NCBI RefSeq assembly: GCF_006345805.1
Contig: NC_043008.1
Location: 49,352,001 to 49,416,000 of the forward strand
Reading direction: 5' to 3'
DNA length: 64,000 bases
Origin: Octopus sinensis
Taxonomy: Eukaryota
Each line of letters begins with the position of its first letter. Positions within the stretch are counted from its first letter, which is position 1. The translations under genes and the position numbers were made by a program. Below, one piece after another: positions 36,539 through 47,900 of the stretch. Below the pieces are notes generated by a model, which saw only the letters and a program-made list of their open reading frames with translations, had not been told where the DNA came from and searched no databases.

Positions 36539-39366
36539 GGCAAAATATTTTTTCTGATGCTCAGCTGATTATTACATTTGTCACTATTATAACCACCACC
36601 ACCACCACCACCATCATCACGTTTCCCATCCTTACACATTGGCAAGGGTTGGGTAAATTTATTTGTTTCTTTATTGCCCACAAGGGGCTACACTCAGAGG
36701 GGACAAACAAGGACAGACAAACGGATTAAGCCGCTTATATCGACACCAGTACGTAACTGTACTTATTTAATCGACTCCGAAAGGATGAAAGGCAAAGTCG
36801 ACCTCGGCGGAAGACGCAGTATTATCTGGCTGGCTGCTCTCCCTGTCGCCAACCCTTACCTGTTTTCCAACTCAGATATTTTTTATATTTGTCTGGTCTT
36901 CCACATGCCCAGACCACCAAGCTACCACAACGTATGGTTGAAAGGAGATGAAGACGTAACATCACATTCACATACTTACGTGCATGAATGCATGTGTATG
37001 GGTGAATGGTTTCTGATTGAAATGGACGGTCAGCTATTTTAAGGAGAGGAATTAGCTGATACCATCACGTCCAGTACTTGACTGGTTCTTAATCTTAATT
37101 AATCCCAAATAGATGAAAGGCCAAGTTGACCTTAGCAGGATTTGAACTCAGAGTATAAGGAACCAGAATGAATATAGCAAAACTCATATTCTAATGCTCT
37201 AACAATTCTGCCAGGGTCCTGACTAGACTGAGGGTTACACGGTTCATTTCCATAGTTTGTCTTTGGTGCAGCATTGTTTTCCTGTAAAAGACACTTCACC
37301 GTCACCTACATGTTTCACCTCTCTGTAAGTATTTATCGTGGGGATAGCAGCTTCCTTATTAGTACAGGCTGTGTTTTTAATTAATAAGTATTGACCCTTA
37401 ATTTTCTCCAGTGGTCTGGAGAAGGGATCAGTGGTACTGTAGTGAGGCCTATGCTGAATTTTGGACCATAGTTCTTGGGTTTTCCTCGCCCCAAATCATC
37501 ACAGTCTAAAGTATCTCCATAAAAGGAAAATTGTAAGCATAAAAGGTATTAATGGCTGTACGAACATAGCTGGGCCAATCAGCACTGGATGATTTTTATG
37601 GTTGATGCGGTAAACTTTGAAGGAAGCATGCAAGTTTTCCTACCAAACATTTTTACTGAAAATTCTAGAAGTGTGGCTTACAGCTATAAAAGCTGGCAAA
37701 TTCAACCTCAGGTCAGAGCCACCCAGCTGTCTCGTGGAATTTGTCATTTGTCTCGGCGTATTGTTCTCTCTTCCCCTCTTTCATTTTTCTTTAGTAACAT
37801 ACTCAACAAAAGGCTCCAACATACAAGTGTTGAATAACACATATCAGTTACATGTAGTGATTTAATTTCCTTATATTACTTTCGTAATGTATCCAGCAAG
37901 TTATGTACAGAAGACTCCTAAGTGTTATGTTATGTTTGAACGCTGATTCGTCAATTTATTGAATGGACATTACTCGTTATAGTCAGCTTTCGTTGCAAGC
38001 TGATGCGGTCTGCTACTGGTACCTTGTAAACCAGTACAACCTGTTCCATGGTCGCGTGGTCGGCGACTAAACCGGCTTCCCTCCACTTGAGTAGCTTGCT
38101 TCTCTTGTCAAGAGGGTGTCTAGACACTCAGCAGGACTAAAAAACTAAAAGATCTATTGAAATGACAGATGAGCTCCTTGTGGACCACCGTCCATCCAGT
38201 TGGAGAAAGCAATAGCAAATCACCCCAATATCTCTGTCAAAAGAAAATACTACAACGAAGTCAGAACAAAGTAACACTGAGGGTTCGTCCGATGGGAGAA
38301 GACTTGCGCTTAATGGAGAAGACTTGCGTTGTAGGCTCGTCAATGCGTGCGATACATGACGACGGCAACATTACTTTTACTTGACAGCCGCTCCTACGCC
38401 TACATGTATGTTAATGAAATAATTGAAAAGTCATTAAGATTTTAGTGCGTTCATTGTCTTCGCTCACAAACTACTTAATAGTGTGAAAAGCCAACAAAAA
38501 CTTTACGACCAACCATAAACTAAATATTTTCATTGAGATGCATGTTTTAATTTTAAACCGCAAACGCATTTTATTCTTATTTACATCACATAAAGATTCA
38601 GTTGCTTGGTCTCCAATCGTCATCAGCTGTCTTATTTCAGGGCGTGTACGTAATACCAAACTGGGTTCGAATTATGGACCATCATATCTAAACTTTGGGT
38701 TAATAACGTTATTACCCATCAGACCACCGGCGCATGAACGAAAAGCGTTGGTAGTCTGGTGGTTATGAACTAACTTCACTCCCAGAGAGATCATAGATCA
38801 AACCAAGTGAAGCGAAGTGCCAATGTTATATTAAAAAAAAAAAAAAGTTTTCAAGTGAGTATGGGGGTTCCGAAAGATTATAAATTAACAACTTATCTCA
38901 GTTATTTGATGAGGTAGCCTTTTTTTTTCTTTCTCACTGTAAAGAGTACAAGTTAATTTATGACATAATTATACAAGCACACACAGGCATTCAAGGTATG
39001 AGGTCATTTTGACATTAATTGGACAGGTCTACGTGTTTAGAAAGGCCTGAGTAGATCCATGGCGCGAATATTTGATAGCATTTGAGCTATAGCCATCTAA
39101 AATATTTTATTGAAATGAGCTGTCCTTTGTTTTTTAACATGGTATGAAGTGTCTCGTTGGAGGTTTTTGTGTGTGTTCATGGAGTTAGCTACATGTGTTT
39201 GTCACTTTATATATTAGGAATTAACCTTCAAATAATTTCTAGCCACCTTGGTTCTCATGTAACATGTCTCTTTCACATTGTCAATTGAATAATTTAAAGT
39301 ATAATGGTTGTGTGTAGCTAGTCGTTTCATGCGCCAAAGCATGTGTCTGTCTGATATGTTTGTGTG

Positions 39367-39401
39367 TATATAAAACCACAGTTTAAGGATAAGTTTCAGT
39401 C
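39367..39401 (+). promoter_or_regulatory. TATA box + Inr core promoter candidate
   Basis: TATATAAAA at 39367 (-31) and TCAGTC Inr with +1 A at 39398. Confidence 0.4.
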
Positions 39402-41183
39402 AGCCATAAACCACTCCCCCGCCAAACAATACTGTAATTCGATGTGGACACACAGACGTTAAAAGGTGTGGTTTCGCTTTATTATTATTATTGAAATCCA
39501 TATCTCATTACAGGCTTGTCACTTTCTGTTTGAACGAATAAAATCGCGTCTATTTCTGTTGTCAGTCGTACCCTGCTCGGCCTGTTCTTGGCCACACAAA
39601 CTCTAAATCTACCTGCAAACCTATCAGATATGCTAGGAATTCATGTGCATAATTTAATTCATCTTTCATTGAAAGTAACGTTGAACGTCGTGTTTATAAT
39701 TTGGAAGATAATTCGATCCCGGATTGTAGCCTTTCACTACTTTGGCGCACCTACTAATATCATTGAGAATGGGGGTTGCATAACATTCATGAGAATGTTA
39801 CATAACCCCCATTCTCACTTTAAAATATTTAAGGCTCTGATGAACATCTAAAAAGTTTCTTTCTTATTATATTCAATTTCTTTTTATTCAACAATTTCTA
39901 AAGAAAGAAAATCCAGAAGTGTTGAGCCCTTAATCCCTCTTTCTGCATCCCTAAACATAAAAACGGTTTTTCTGTATCTTTAAATTTTTATTTTATTAAA
40001 AACACGTTTCTGTCCCCCAAACACTATTTTCTTTAAAAAATGGTTTTTCTGTACTTCTAAACATTTTCTTAAAAAAAAAAAGGGTCTGTTTTATGTTCCT
40101 CAACATTTTTAGTTCCTTTTAAAAAGTTCGGGTTTCTGTAACCCTAAATTCTAAACAAGGCATTGAAGAAACGTCTACGCGGTCTTTTGACTTGCTAGTA
40201 ATAGTAGTCAAGTCTCCTTCAAATCACATCTGGATGCCTTGAAAACGGAGGACAAAAAGATGATCTGGTTTGTGGTTGGGACTACCTTAGACCAAAGAAT
40301 ATTTGATGATTTTCCCGTCTGTGATTGCTGATAATTTCTCATCTCTAATCAGTTAAAATTTCATTTGTTTTTACTTTCCTAATGTGCTACATTTTATCTA
40401 ACGAAAGATAAATTAAATATAATCCTTACAGTGTTTTCTGTATTACTTTACTCATCTCCTAAAATATAAAAATATGGATTTCTTTCGGTTAAGTCACACA
40501 CACATGCAACAAATAAAAAAAAGAGAAACCGGACGAGGCCGTGCGTGTGGCTAATAAGTTCATTTCTAACCCACGTGGTCCTGTGTTCGATCGCATTTCG
40601 CTGGTCATATCGAGCAATTAATTATAGTCTCCTATATAAAACCTCGGGTTGGGGGTAATCCTGACCTTTCCTAAGCAGTGTGCAAAGGTGAATTAAAGGG
40701 ACGTTAAAAGGGAGTCGATTATATTGGGATCGAAGGGATGGGTCGGGATACCTGACTGACAAACTCTTGCAAACCACAACAACAACCGAAAATCAATCTT
40801 CCAAAGAAATTATCAACTTATTTCCTGTTATTGATCGTTATCTTGTCACATGATTACTTTCCTTTATTTACTTTTCTAAAGAGAAACATAATTTACCTTA
40901 AAAGCTGTGACGACGTAAAATATATCATTTAAATGCCAATCCTTAAAATATACGGAGAGAGAGAGAACAACAATAATAAGTTTCTAATAATAATAATAAT
41001 ACCACCACCACCACCCACGTTTTATATTTGTGGGTATGAGGCACGTTGCTCTTCATTCGAGTTATAGTCGTTGGTTCATTCATTAACTAAGGTCGGTCCT
41101 AATGATACCTCAAATACTATGACCGTTCGAATTTCACTCAAATGAAAGCCTTTTCTTTCACATTCAATTAACTTTTTTCACTC

Positions 41184-41372
41184 ATGGCTTCAAAATTACT
41201 TCGACTTTTTAAACAAGTGAGTTTAATTATTAATAACTTTAAATTACTTTTTAATTCCTTCAACCTTTTTCGCTCTACTTTCTCGTCTTTCACCTTTACT
41301 TCTCTTACATAGTTTCACTATCAAAATTTCTCTCGTTTTATTTGTATCGTGTACGATAAAATTTTCAAATAA
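41184..41372 (+). other. Candidate spliced small ORF/uORF (30 aa) with 96-nt intron 41217-41312
   Basis: ctcATGG start; CAA|gtgagt donor; long pyrimidine tract ending ttctcttacatag; MASKLLRLFKQ/FHYQNFSRFICIVYDKIFK*. Confidence 0.3.
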
Positions 41373-43399
41373 GAACCACTAAAACCGTATACTTTAAAGG
41401 AAAACGGACTGATGTGGTGACGTTCATGCTTTTCCAAGGAACGAACAAAGTAATGGCTCAGTTCGCCGTCAGCTTATTTCTTCCCAGTCTTTAGAATTTG
41501 GCAATGGCCCCTTCGATTACATCTTCGGGTTTTCGACGATGTTCTTTACTAAAAAAAGGAAAAAAAAAGAGATGGACCTTGTGACGAATTAAAAAGGAGC
41601 CATTTATCTATTATTAAATACAGTAATATATATTAGTTATAATTCCAACTAAGGAAATAATCGAAAAGCCAGAATTTTCCGATTCTATAAAAGTAAAATC
41701 GAAAGTTTTCTTGCAGAATATTTATTGAGTTTTTTGTTTTTTTTTTAAACCCCCTTAAATTCTTTTTCTTCTCTTTTCTTTATGAAATATCCGAAACATT
41801 TGTCGTTAAAAGTTTTTAATATTATTAACTTATGTTTAATGACATTTCTGAATATTTTTACGTGTTCCAAGTGTTTCTTCTAAGATATTTGAATATATTT
41901 AGGTTTGTTAATTACACCCCCCCCAAAAAAAACCCCGATAGTTTTTCATTTGACTCAACTTGCTAGAAATAGTGTCCAAATTTGCCTCATATCACACTTT
42001 TCACCCCCTGGGACAATATAGCCTTAGATACACAAAAAGACTGGATGGTCACGACTGAGACACCTTTTATTATAGATTTGTTCGGTTAGGGCTGACCTGG
42101 GGTTAAACAGTAGCGATAGTATCGCAGCGCGCGCACTCACAATTTTCTTTTCATTCGATCCCTGAATGAAATTGTAAAAAATCACTGGGGATATTAATCA
42201 ATTAAAGTATAGTTAATTACTTTTATTTCATATTTTTCATGTTTTCTAATGCTAAAAAGAAGCTATTGTAAAACTTTCCTCTGTGTGTTTGTGTGTGGCA
42301 AAAAATGGATGGATAGAATAAGTACCAAAGGCACGAAATTGTAAGGACATTGACTGATGAGGAATTTGCTACGGATTTTCTGTTGTGTTTTTGTTAAATT
42401 TTTGAAATATTAAAAAATAAGTACTGGGGTCGATTCATTCGACTAATAATTCAAGACAGTGCCCCAGCATGGCCGCAATCTAATGACTGAAACAAGTAAA
42501 AGATTATCTATCTGTCTATTAGTGAGATCAATAGCTTTATTGATCTGCAAGTTGTTTTTTGGTGTTAAGCAAAAATGAATGAATGGATGAGTATTCCCTT
42601 CTGGTTTAGAGTCAGGGAGGGGCCCCAGATACAGCCATCACTCCTCACCTTTCAGTATTGCAGGCCTATGCTCTGCCAGGGCCCTCCCCATCTGGTCTTT
42701 GATTTGATCGCTCCATCTACCTCTTTGCTGTTCTCAAACCTTATTACCATATTTCTCTTGAAAACAACGAAAAATTTAGTAGAATAACTTTGTCCTTATT
42801 TAGTGGATTAGTATCAAAATGTTTAAATATGCTAGCAGAGTGGTTCCCAAAATTAGTAAATTATTTTGTCATAGAACCCTTTATCAATTTTCCATTAATC
42901 ACAGGATCCATAACTGTATTGTACATGTAATCCACGTCACCTTAATTCTTATACAATAAATGAAACAAAAATTGAATTTTTTTTTCAACATCATTATTTT
43001 GTTATGGACTTTTCTATACTTGTTTGTCAAGGCAAGATTTTTTTAATGTTCAGATGCCCTTCCTTTTGCTAACCCTCACCTGTATCTCAGCAAAGTAATA
43101 TTTCCCAAGTGGTCAGACATGTTTTTTATGAAAGACTTGAAACAAATGACACCACTTTTGTGATAGTGATGCTTATTTACAACCATCATACAATGTTAAG
43201 ACAAAGAGACCCTCATATGGACGCATGCAAACATATACATAGAATAAGCTTCTTTCATTTTTCATCTACCAAATCTACTCAACAAGACTATTGTCAACCC
43301 AGGGCTACAGTAGAATAATGTAACCATGTTTCCCCCTCAAATGCAAGATACCCTTTTATGCCCCTTAATACTCCTTCCCCTTCTCAGTTGAGGGATCTT

Positions 43400-43960
43400 G
43401 TCTTGCTAGAGACTCAGTGACCCCACTACTGCTGAGACCATGTAAAAAGCATCCAGTACACTCTTTTATGTGGTTGGCATTAGGAAAAGCATCCAGACAT
43501 AGAAACCATGCCGAAACAAAGACCAGAGTTGAGTGCAGTCTTCTGACTTGCCAGTTCCCGTTGAACCATCCAACCCATTCTGACAGAAAACAGATGAAAC
43601 TAAATGATGGTGATGACTTACTTAAGATGTCATGCAGAGGGACTGAACCTGAAAAATTGGGCATTAAAATGATAAAGATGATGATGAAATATCATTGTAG
43701 TCATTTAACGTCCGCTTTCCATGCTGGCATGGGTTTGACTGAGGACTGCTGAGCCAGAAGGCTGCACCAGGCTCCAATCTGATCTGGCAAAGTTTCTACA
43801 GCTAGATGCCCTTCCTAACACCAACCACTCTGAGAGTGTAGTGGGTGCTTTTACGTGCCACTGGCATGGTAGCCAGTCCAGCGGCACTAGCAACGACCAC
43901 ACTTGAATGTTCTTTTTCACATGGTACCGGCACATGTGCCAGTAAGGCGACGCTGGCAAT
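43400..43960. mobile_element. Two family C copies in tail-to-tail inverted orientation
   Basis: 43400-43620 sense and 43700-43960 antisense. Confidence 0.8.
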
Positions 43961-44639
43961 ATACAAAAAAAAAATTCATAAAATATGTTTGTGTGCCTTG
44001 GGTTGAGGTTATTCCTGATGTATTAGGCAGGACTCTTTTAATGTAACTGAGATAGAATTAAACATACACTACAATAGCTGGAATGTATAATTATTTCACA
44101 TCATCACTGGTCAAGCAGTCTTGTGGTAACACAGGTAGTTTAACTGAAGAACAAGGTGCATTCCATAGAGGATGTCTTTGCAAACTGTTGGTTTATTGCG
44201 CCAAAGTCATTTATACAATGTCATATGATCACCAGTATAGATTACAGCAAATAAGCAGGATATATATTTGCATTACCAAATTCTTTATTCCAGAAGTGTA
44301 TTAAAAAGGAAAGGAATGTTAGAGGATATGTAACGTAGTATTAAGGTGTGATTGTTGGGCATATAAATTGTTAGTGTATAAAAGCCACAATATCTGTGTT
44401 GAGACCTAGTTGTCTAGTCACTGTATTACTCTGTTCTTGCACATTAAACTCTCTGTATATGTGTTAGGTTGACTTGGACTTTCACTTTTTGTAGCTTGTT
44501 CAACCATTGATTGAAACTGGTTGATTAAAGTGGGAGGAGACAACCCAATGCATAAAATATATTGACTCTACTACAGCTTTTGTGTCCTTCCATCATTAGA
44601 TGTTTGTTGGTATTTCTATGACAGTCCTCACATTAACAT

Positions 44640-45368
44640 TATTGCTGAGAGAAAGCTATCCCTGAAAGGTTGGGCAGAGGTGGCTAATGTAAGCCATTTG
44701 AGAATATGTTGGGAACAGACAGAGGTACAAAAGATTTATATATATAGAACAAAGGATTTTATAAATAAATTAGTGGAGGAAAAGTGTGACAACGTTCTTG
44801 GAGAGATCTTGGGCATCAAAGATTAACTAGCCACTCTTTTCTGGAGAACTTTCGGCCCAGGACCAATAGATAATTCCAAAAAATCTCTGGCCGGCAGTGC
44901 TACTGGGAAACTTTGCCTGTTTGCGATTGACTTTACAGGCACGGAACTGCCGTCAGCTGAGCATGTCCGAGATGCACGCAAGACGACGAGATGGTCCTGC
45001 ATGCACTTGTTCAGTTCCTGAGCATTGCTGACCTGTGGGTTTATGCCGAACACCTGCTGTTGCATGTGGGATGGATGCAGCTGTCAACTGAATCCATCAT
45101 GAAAATTGCCCTGCTGCCTTCCTTTAACCAGGATGGAAAGGCTGTGTTTATTTGCCATGGCAAAAGAGGTCTGATGGATGGGATTGAAGGGGCTGAAGAC
45201 AAACACTTTTCTCTTTGGCCAATCCTTGATCAACTTCTTCAAGTTTTGCTTGAAAAGGAAAATAAGGTTAGAGAGGAAATATTGTCTTCTGGTAAGTTTG
45301 CTGTAAGATGGATGAAAGTGGTGAGAATGGTGTGAGTGAACAGGCCTGCACTGAGCATACACCTGTAA
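44640..45368 (+). mobile_element. Tx1/L1-clade LINE ORF2 3' relic
   Basis: AERKLSLKGWAEVANV, then TFGPGPIDN, LPVCD*LYRHG and ACPRCTQDDEMVLHAL (CCHC zf-RVT-like knuckle); frameshifts and stops. Confidence 0.8.
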
Positions 45369-45669
45369 TTGGAAAAAGGGCACCTGCCCCACAAGTCAGG
45401 GTACCTATGGTTTTTTATGGTTTTTTTTTCCATGAGCAACCCTTGAATGTCTCCTTATTGAGAATCACAGTTTGTTGAGTTTTTAAAGTTTTGCTAGTTT
45501 GTTTACACGCAAAACCCTCACACTCACATTCTTTGTTTTGTCCTGTACTGTCCATAATGTTTTTCTTAATGTAAACCCTTGTGGTTAATAAAGAAATCAT
45601 TATTATTATTAACCCATGCCAGCATGGAAAATGGACGTTAAATGATGATGATGATGATTATCATCATCA

Positions 45670-46269
45670 TTGCAGTAATCTGGCAGAATTGTTAACATGC
45701 TGGGCAGAATGCTTAACAACATTTCATGTCTTCATGTTCTGAGTTCAAATTTCGTTGAGGTTGTCTCTGCCTTTTGACTTTCAGCTTTTTAGAGGATTGA
45801 TATAATTAGTTTAACCCGTCTCACAAAATTGCTGATCTCATGCCAAAATTTGATATCATCATCATCAAGGTAGTAAGCTGGTAGAGTTGGTAGTGGCAAA
45901 GTGCTTTGTGGTATTTCATCTGTCTTTATGTTCTGAGTTCGAATTTGGCTAAGGTTGACTTTGCCTTTCATCCTTTCGGGCCTCAATAAGGACCAGTTGA
46001 TTCCTGGGGTCCATTCAATTGACTAACACCTTCCCCTGAAACTGCTGGCCTTGTGCCAAAACTTGAAACCATTATTATTAAGGCAGCAAGCTGCCGGAAT
46101 TCTTAGCATGGTGGACAAATTGCTTTGGGCACTCTGCTTTCTGAGTTCAGATGCCACTGAAGTTGCCTTGCCTTTCATCTTCTCAGGGTCCATAAAACAA
46201 GTACCAGTTGAGCACTGGGGTTGATGTAATTGGCTAGCTCCCCTCCCCCAAAATTTCAAACCTTGTGCT

Positions 46270-46270
<1 letters not shown>
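45670..46270 (+). mobile_element. Cluster of three degraded SINE B copies
   Basis: Repeated gttctgagttc..gcctttcatc cores with ttgtgccaaaa tails. Confidence 0.75.
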
Positions 46271-46302
<32 letters not shown>

Positions 46303-46820
46303 TATTATTATTATTAGCTGAAGTTTGTTGAATTATTAGTTTGAATCTCACGTTGCTGTTTGTCTAAACAATTTGTTTGAATAATTAAACATGAAACTTG
46401 GAATGATGATTCAGTTTCTAATAAAAATTTACTAACTCTGCCTCAGACATTCTGTACTTTTTCCTTCATTTCTTCACCAGTCTGTCTGTCTGTGTGTTTG
46501 AACTAATCCTCTTGGTTTTCTTAAACCTCAGTTTGTATCTTCACAAGAATCATAAATTTTCCTTTTATTCTCTGGAATGTCAAATGTTAGAGGAGAAACA
46601 GGCATACTTTTTTTTGCCCCTTTTTTTATCCTTTAAGTGCAACTCCCTTAAATCAGAATTAACTTGAGTAGTTACTAAACTTGACTATCTTTTTAGAGTC
46701 TTTCCTTTCCTTTTTCTGTTGTAATTTGTTAGAATCCGAGATATAAAAATGTCTGTATCAGTTCTTCATCTCTGAAGAGAAATTGTAGAACTTAAATGGA
46801 ATCTTTTATAGGTTTGTTAC

Positions 46821-46905
46821 CTTGTGTAAGATTTCTTCAAATTGCTTAGTCTTTGATTAACTCTTGCCAGCTGTTTATTCTTCCACTTAAACGATTCTCC
46901 GTTTA
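46821..46905 (-). other. Candidate 85-nt exon
   Basis: Acceptor ccaattttctcattag, donor AAG|gtaaca; single open frame NGESFKWKNKQLARVNQRLSNLKKSYT. Confidence 0.3.
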
Positions 46906-47126
46906 CTAATGAGAAAATTGGATAAGTTAGAAATGATGAAAAAAAGACAAAAAGATATCTACTTGGGCTTATTTTTGAACTGCAAAAGTTGGGGTGTGGC
47001 TCATACATGGGGGCAAAGCTAAAGCCATGAAGGGGAAAAAATTTTGTACCAAGATTTAATACTGATGGGTGTGACGTATTACACATAAATATTGTAATTT
47101 AGCTTCTTATAAAATGTTTTCAAACT

Positions 47127-47189
47127 CCTGTCCCCACCCACCTGTCCCCACCCACCTGTCCCCACCCACCTGTCCCCACCCACCTGTCC
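47127..47189. repeat. 14-bp minisatellite (CCTGTCCCCACCCA)x4
   Basis: Perfect tandem units; G-rich on minus. Confidence 0.95.
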
Positions 47190-47369
47190 ATAATTATTAT
47201 TGTTTGAGATATATAAAGACTGTTTTTGCATAATTTCATGAAATTGAGCAGGATCAAGGCATGTGGAAGAATTACATATTTCAAGTCTATCCAACAGGTA
47301 AAATGTACATAAAACCATAAATGATGATGATGATGAAGAACAGTTTAATGTCAATATTGGTCTAGTCAG

Positions 47370-47900
47370 TGCCACCCTGGGCCAACCAAAGCCCTGTGAA
47401 TGGATTTGGTAGACAGAAACAAGAAGTCTATTGTGTCCACCAAATCCTCTCCCATGGCTTTGGTCGACCCGAGGCTATAGTGGAAGACACTTGCCCAAGG
47501 TGCCACGCAGTGGGACTGAACCCGGAACCATGTGGTTGGGAAGCAAGCTACTTATCACACAGCCACTCTTGTGCCTATATATATATAATTATTTTTCAGT
47601 CATCAAACTGTGGCCATGCCGGGGCACCACCCTAAATCAAACAAATTGACCTTATTACTTTTTATATATTTTTTAAAGTCTGGTACTTTATTTGAGTTTT
47701 TTGCTGAACTACTAAGTCACAGGTTCATAAACAAACTGGCACCAACTATCAAGCAGTGGTGGGAGATGAAAACACACACACAGGCTTCTTTTAGTTTCCA
47801 TCTACCAAATGCATTCATAAGGCATGGTTTTGGTCAGCCTGGAGCTATTGTTGAGGACACATGCCCAAGGTACCATGCAGTGGGACTGAACTCAGCACCA
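47370..47900. mobile_element. Cluster of SINE A fragments in both orientations
   Basis: SINE A motifs on both strands. Confidence 0.8.

Larger units (their letters stand above)
37900..42450. promoter_or_regulatory. CpG-undepleted (putatively unmethylated) domain
   Basis: Hand count about 35 CpG in 37981-38820 versus 4 in 12601-14220. Confidence 0.6.

Noticed and set aside
38100-38125. caccctcttgacaag similar to a U6atac segment
   Set aside because: Only about 14 nt similar; flanks do not match the snRNA
44329-44575. Possible solo LTR (TGTAAC..TATAAAAG..ATTAAA..TACA)
   Set aside because: No target-site duplication and no second copy
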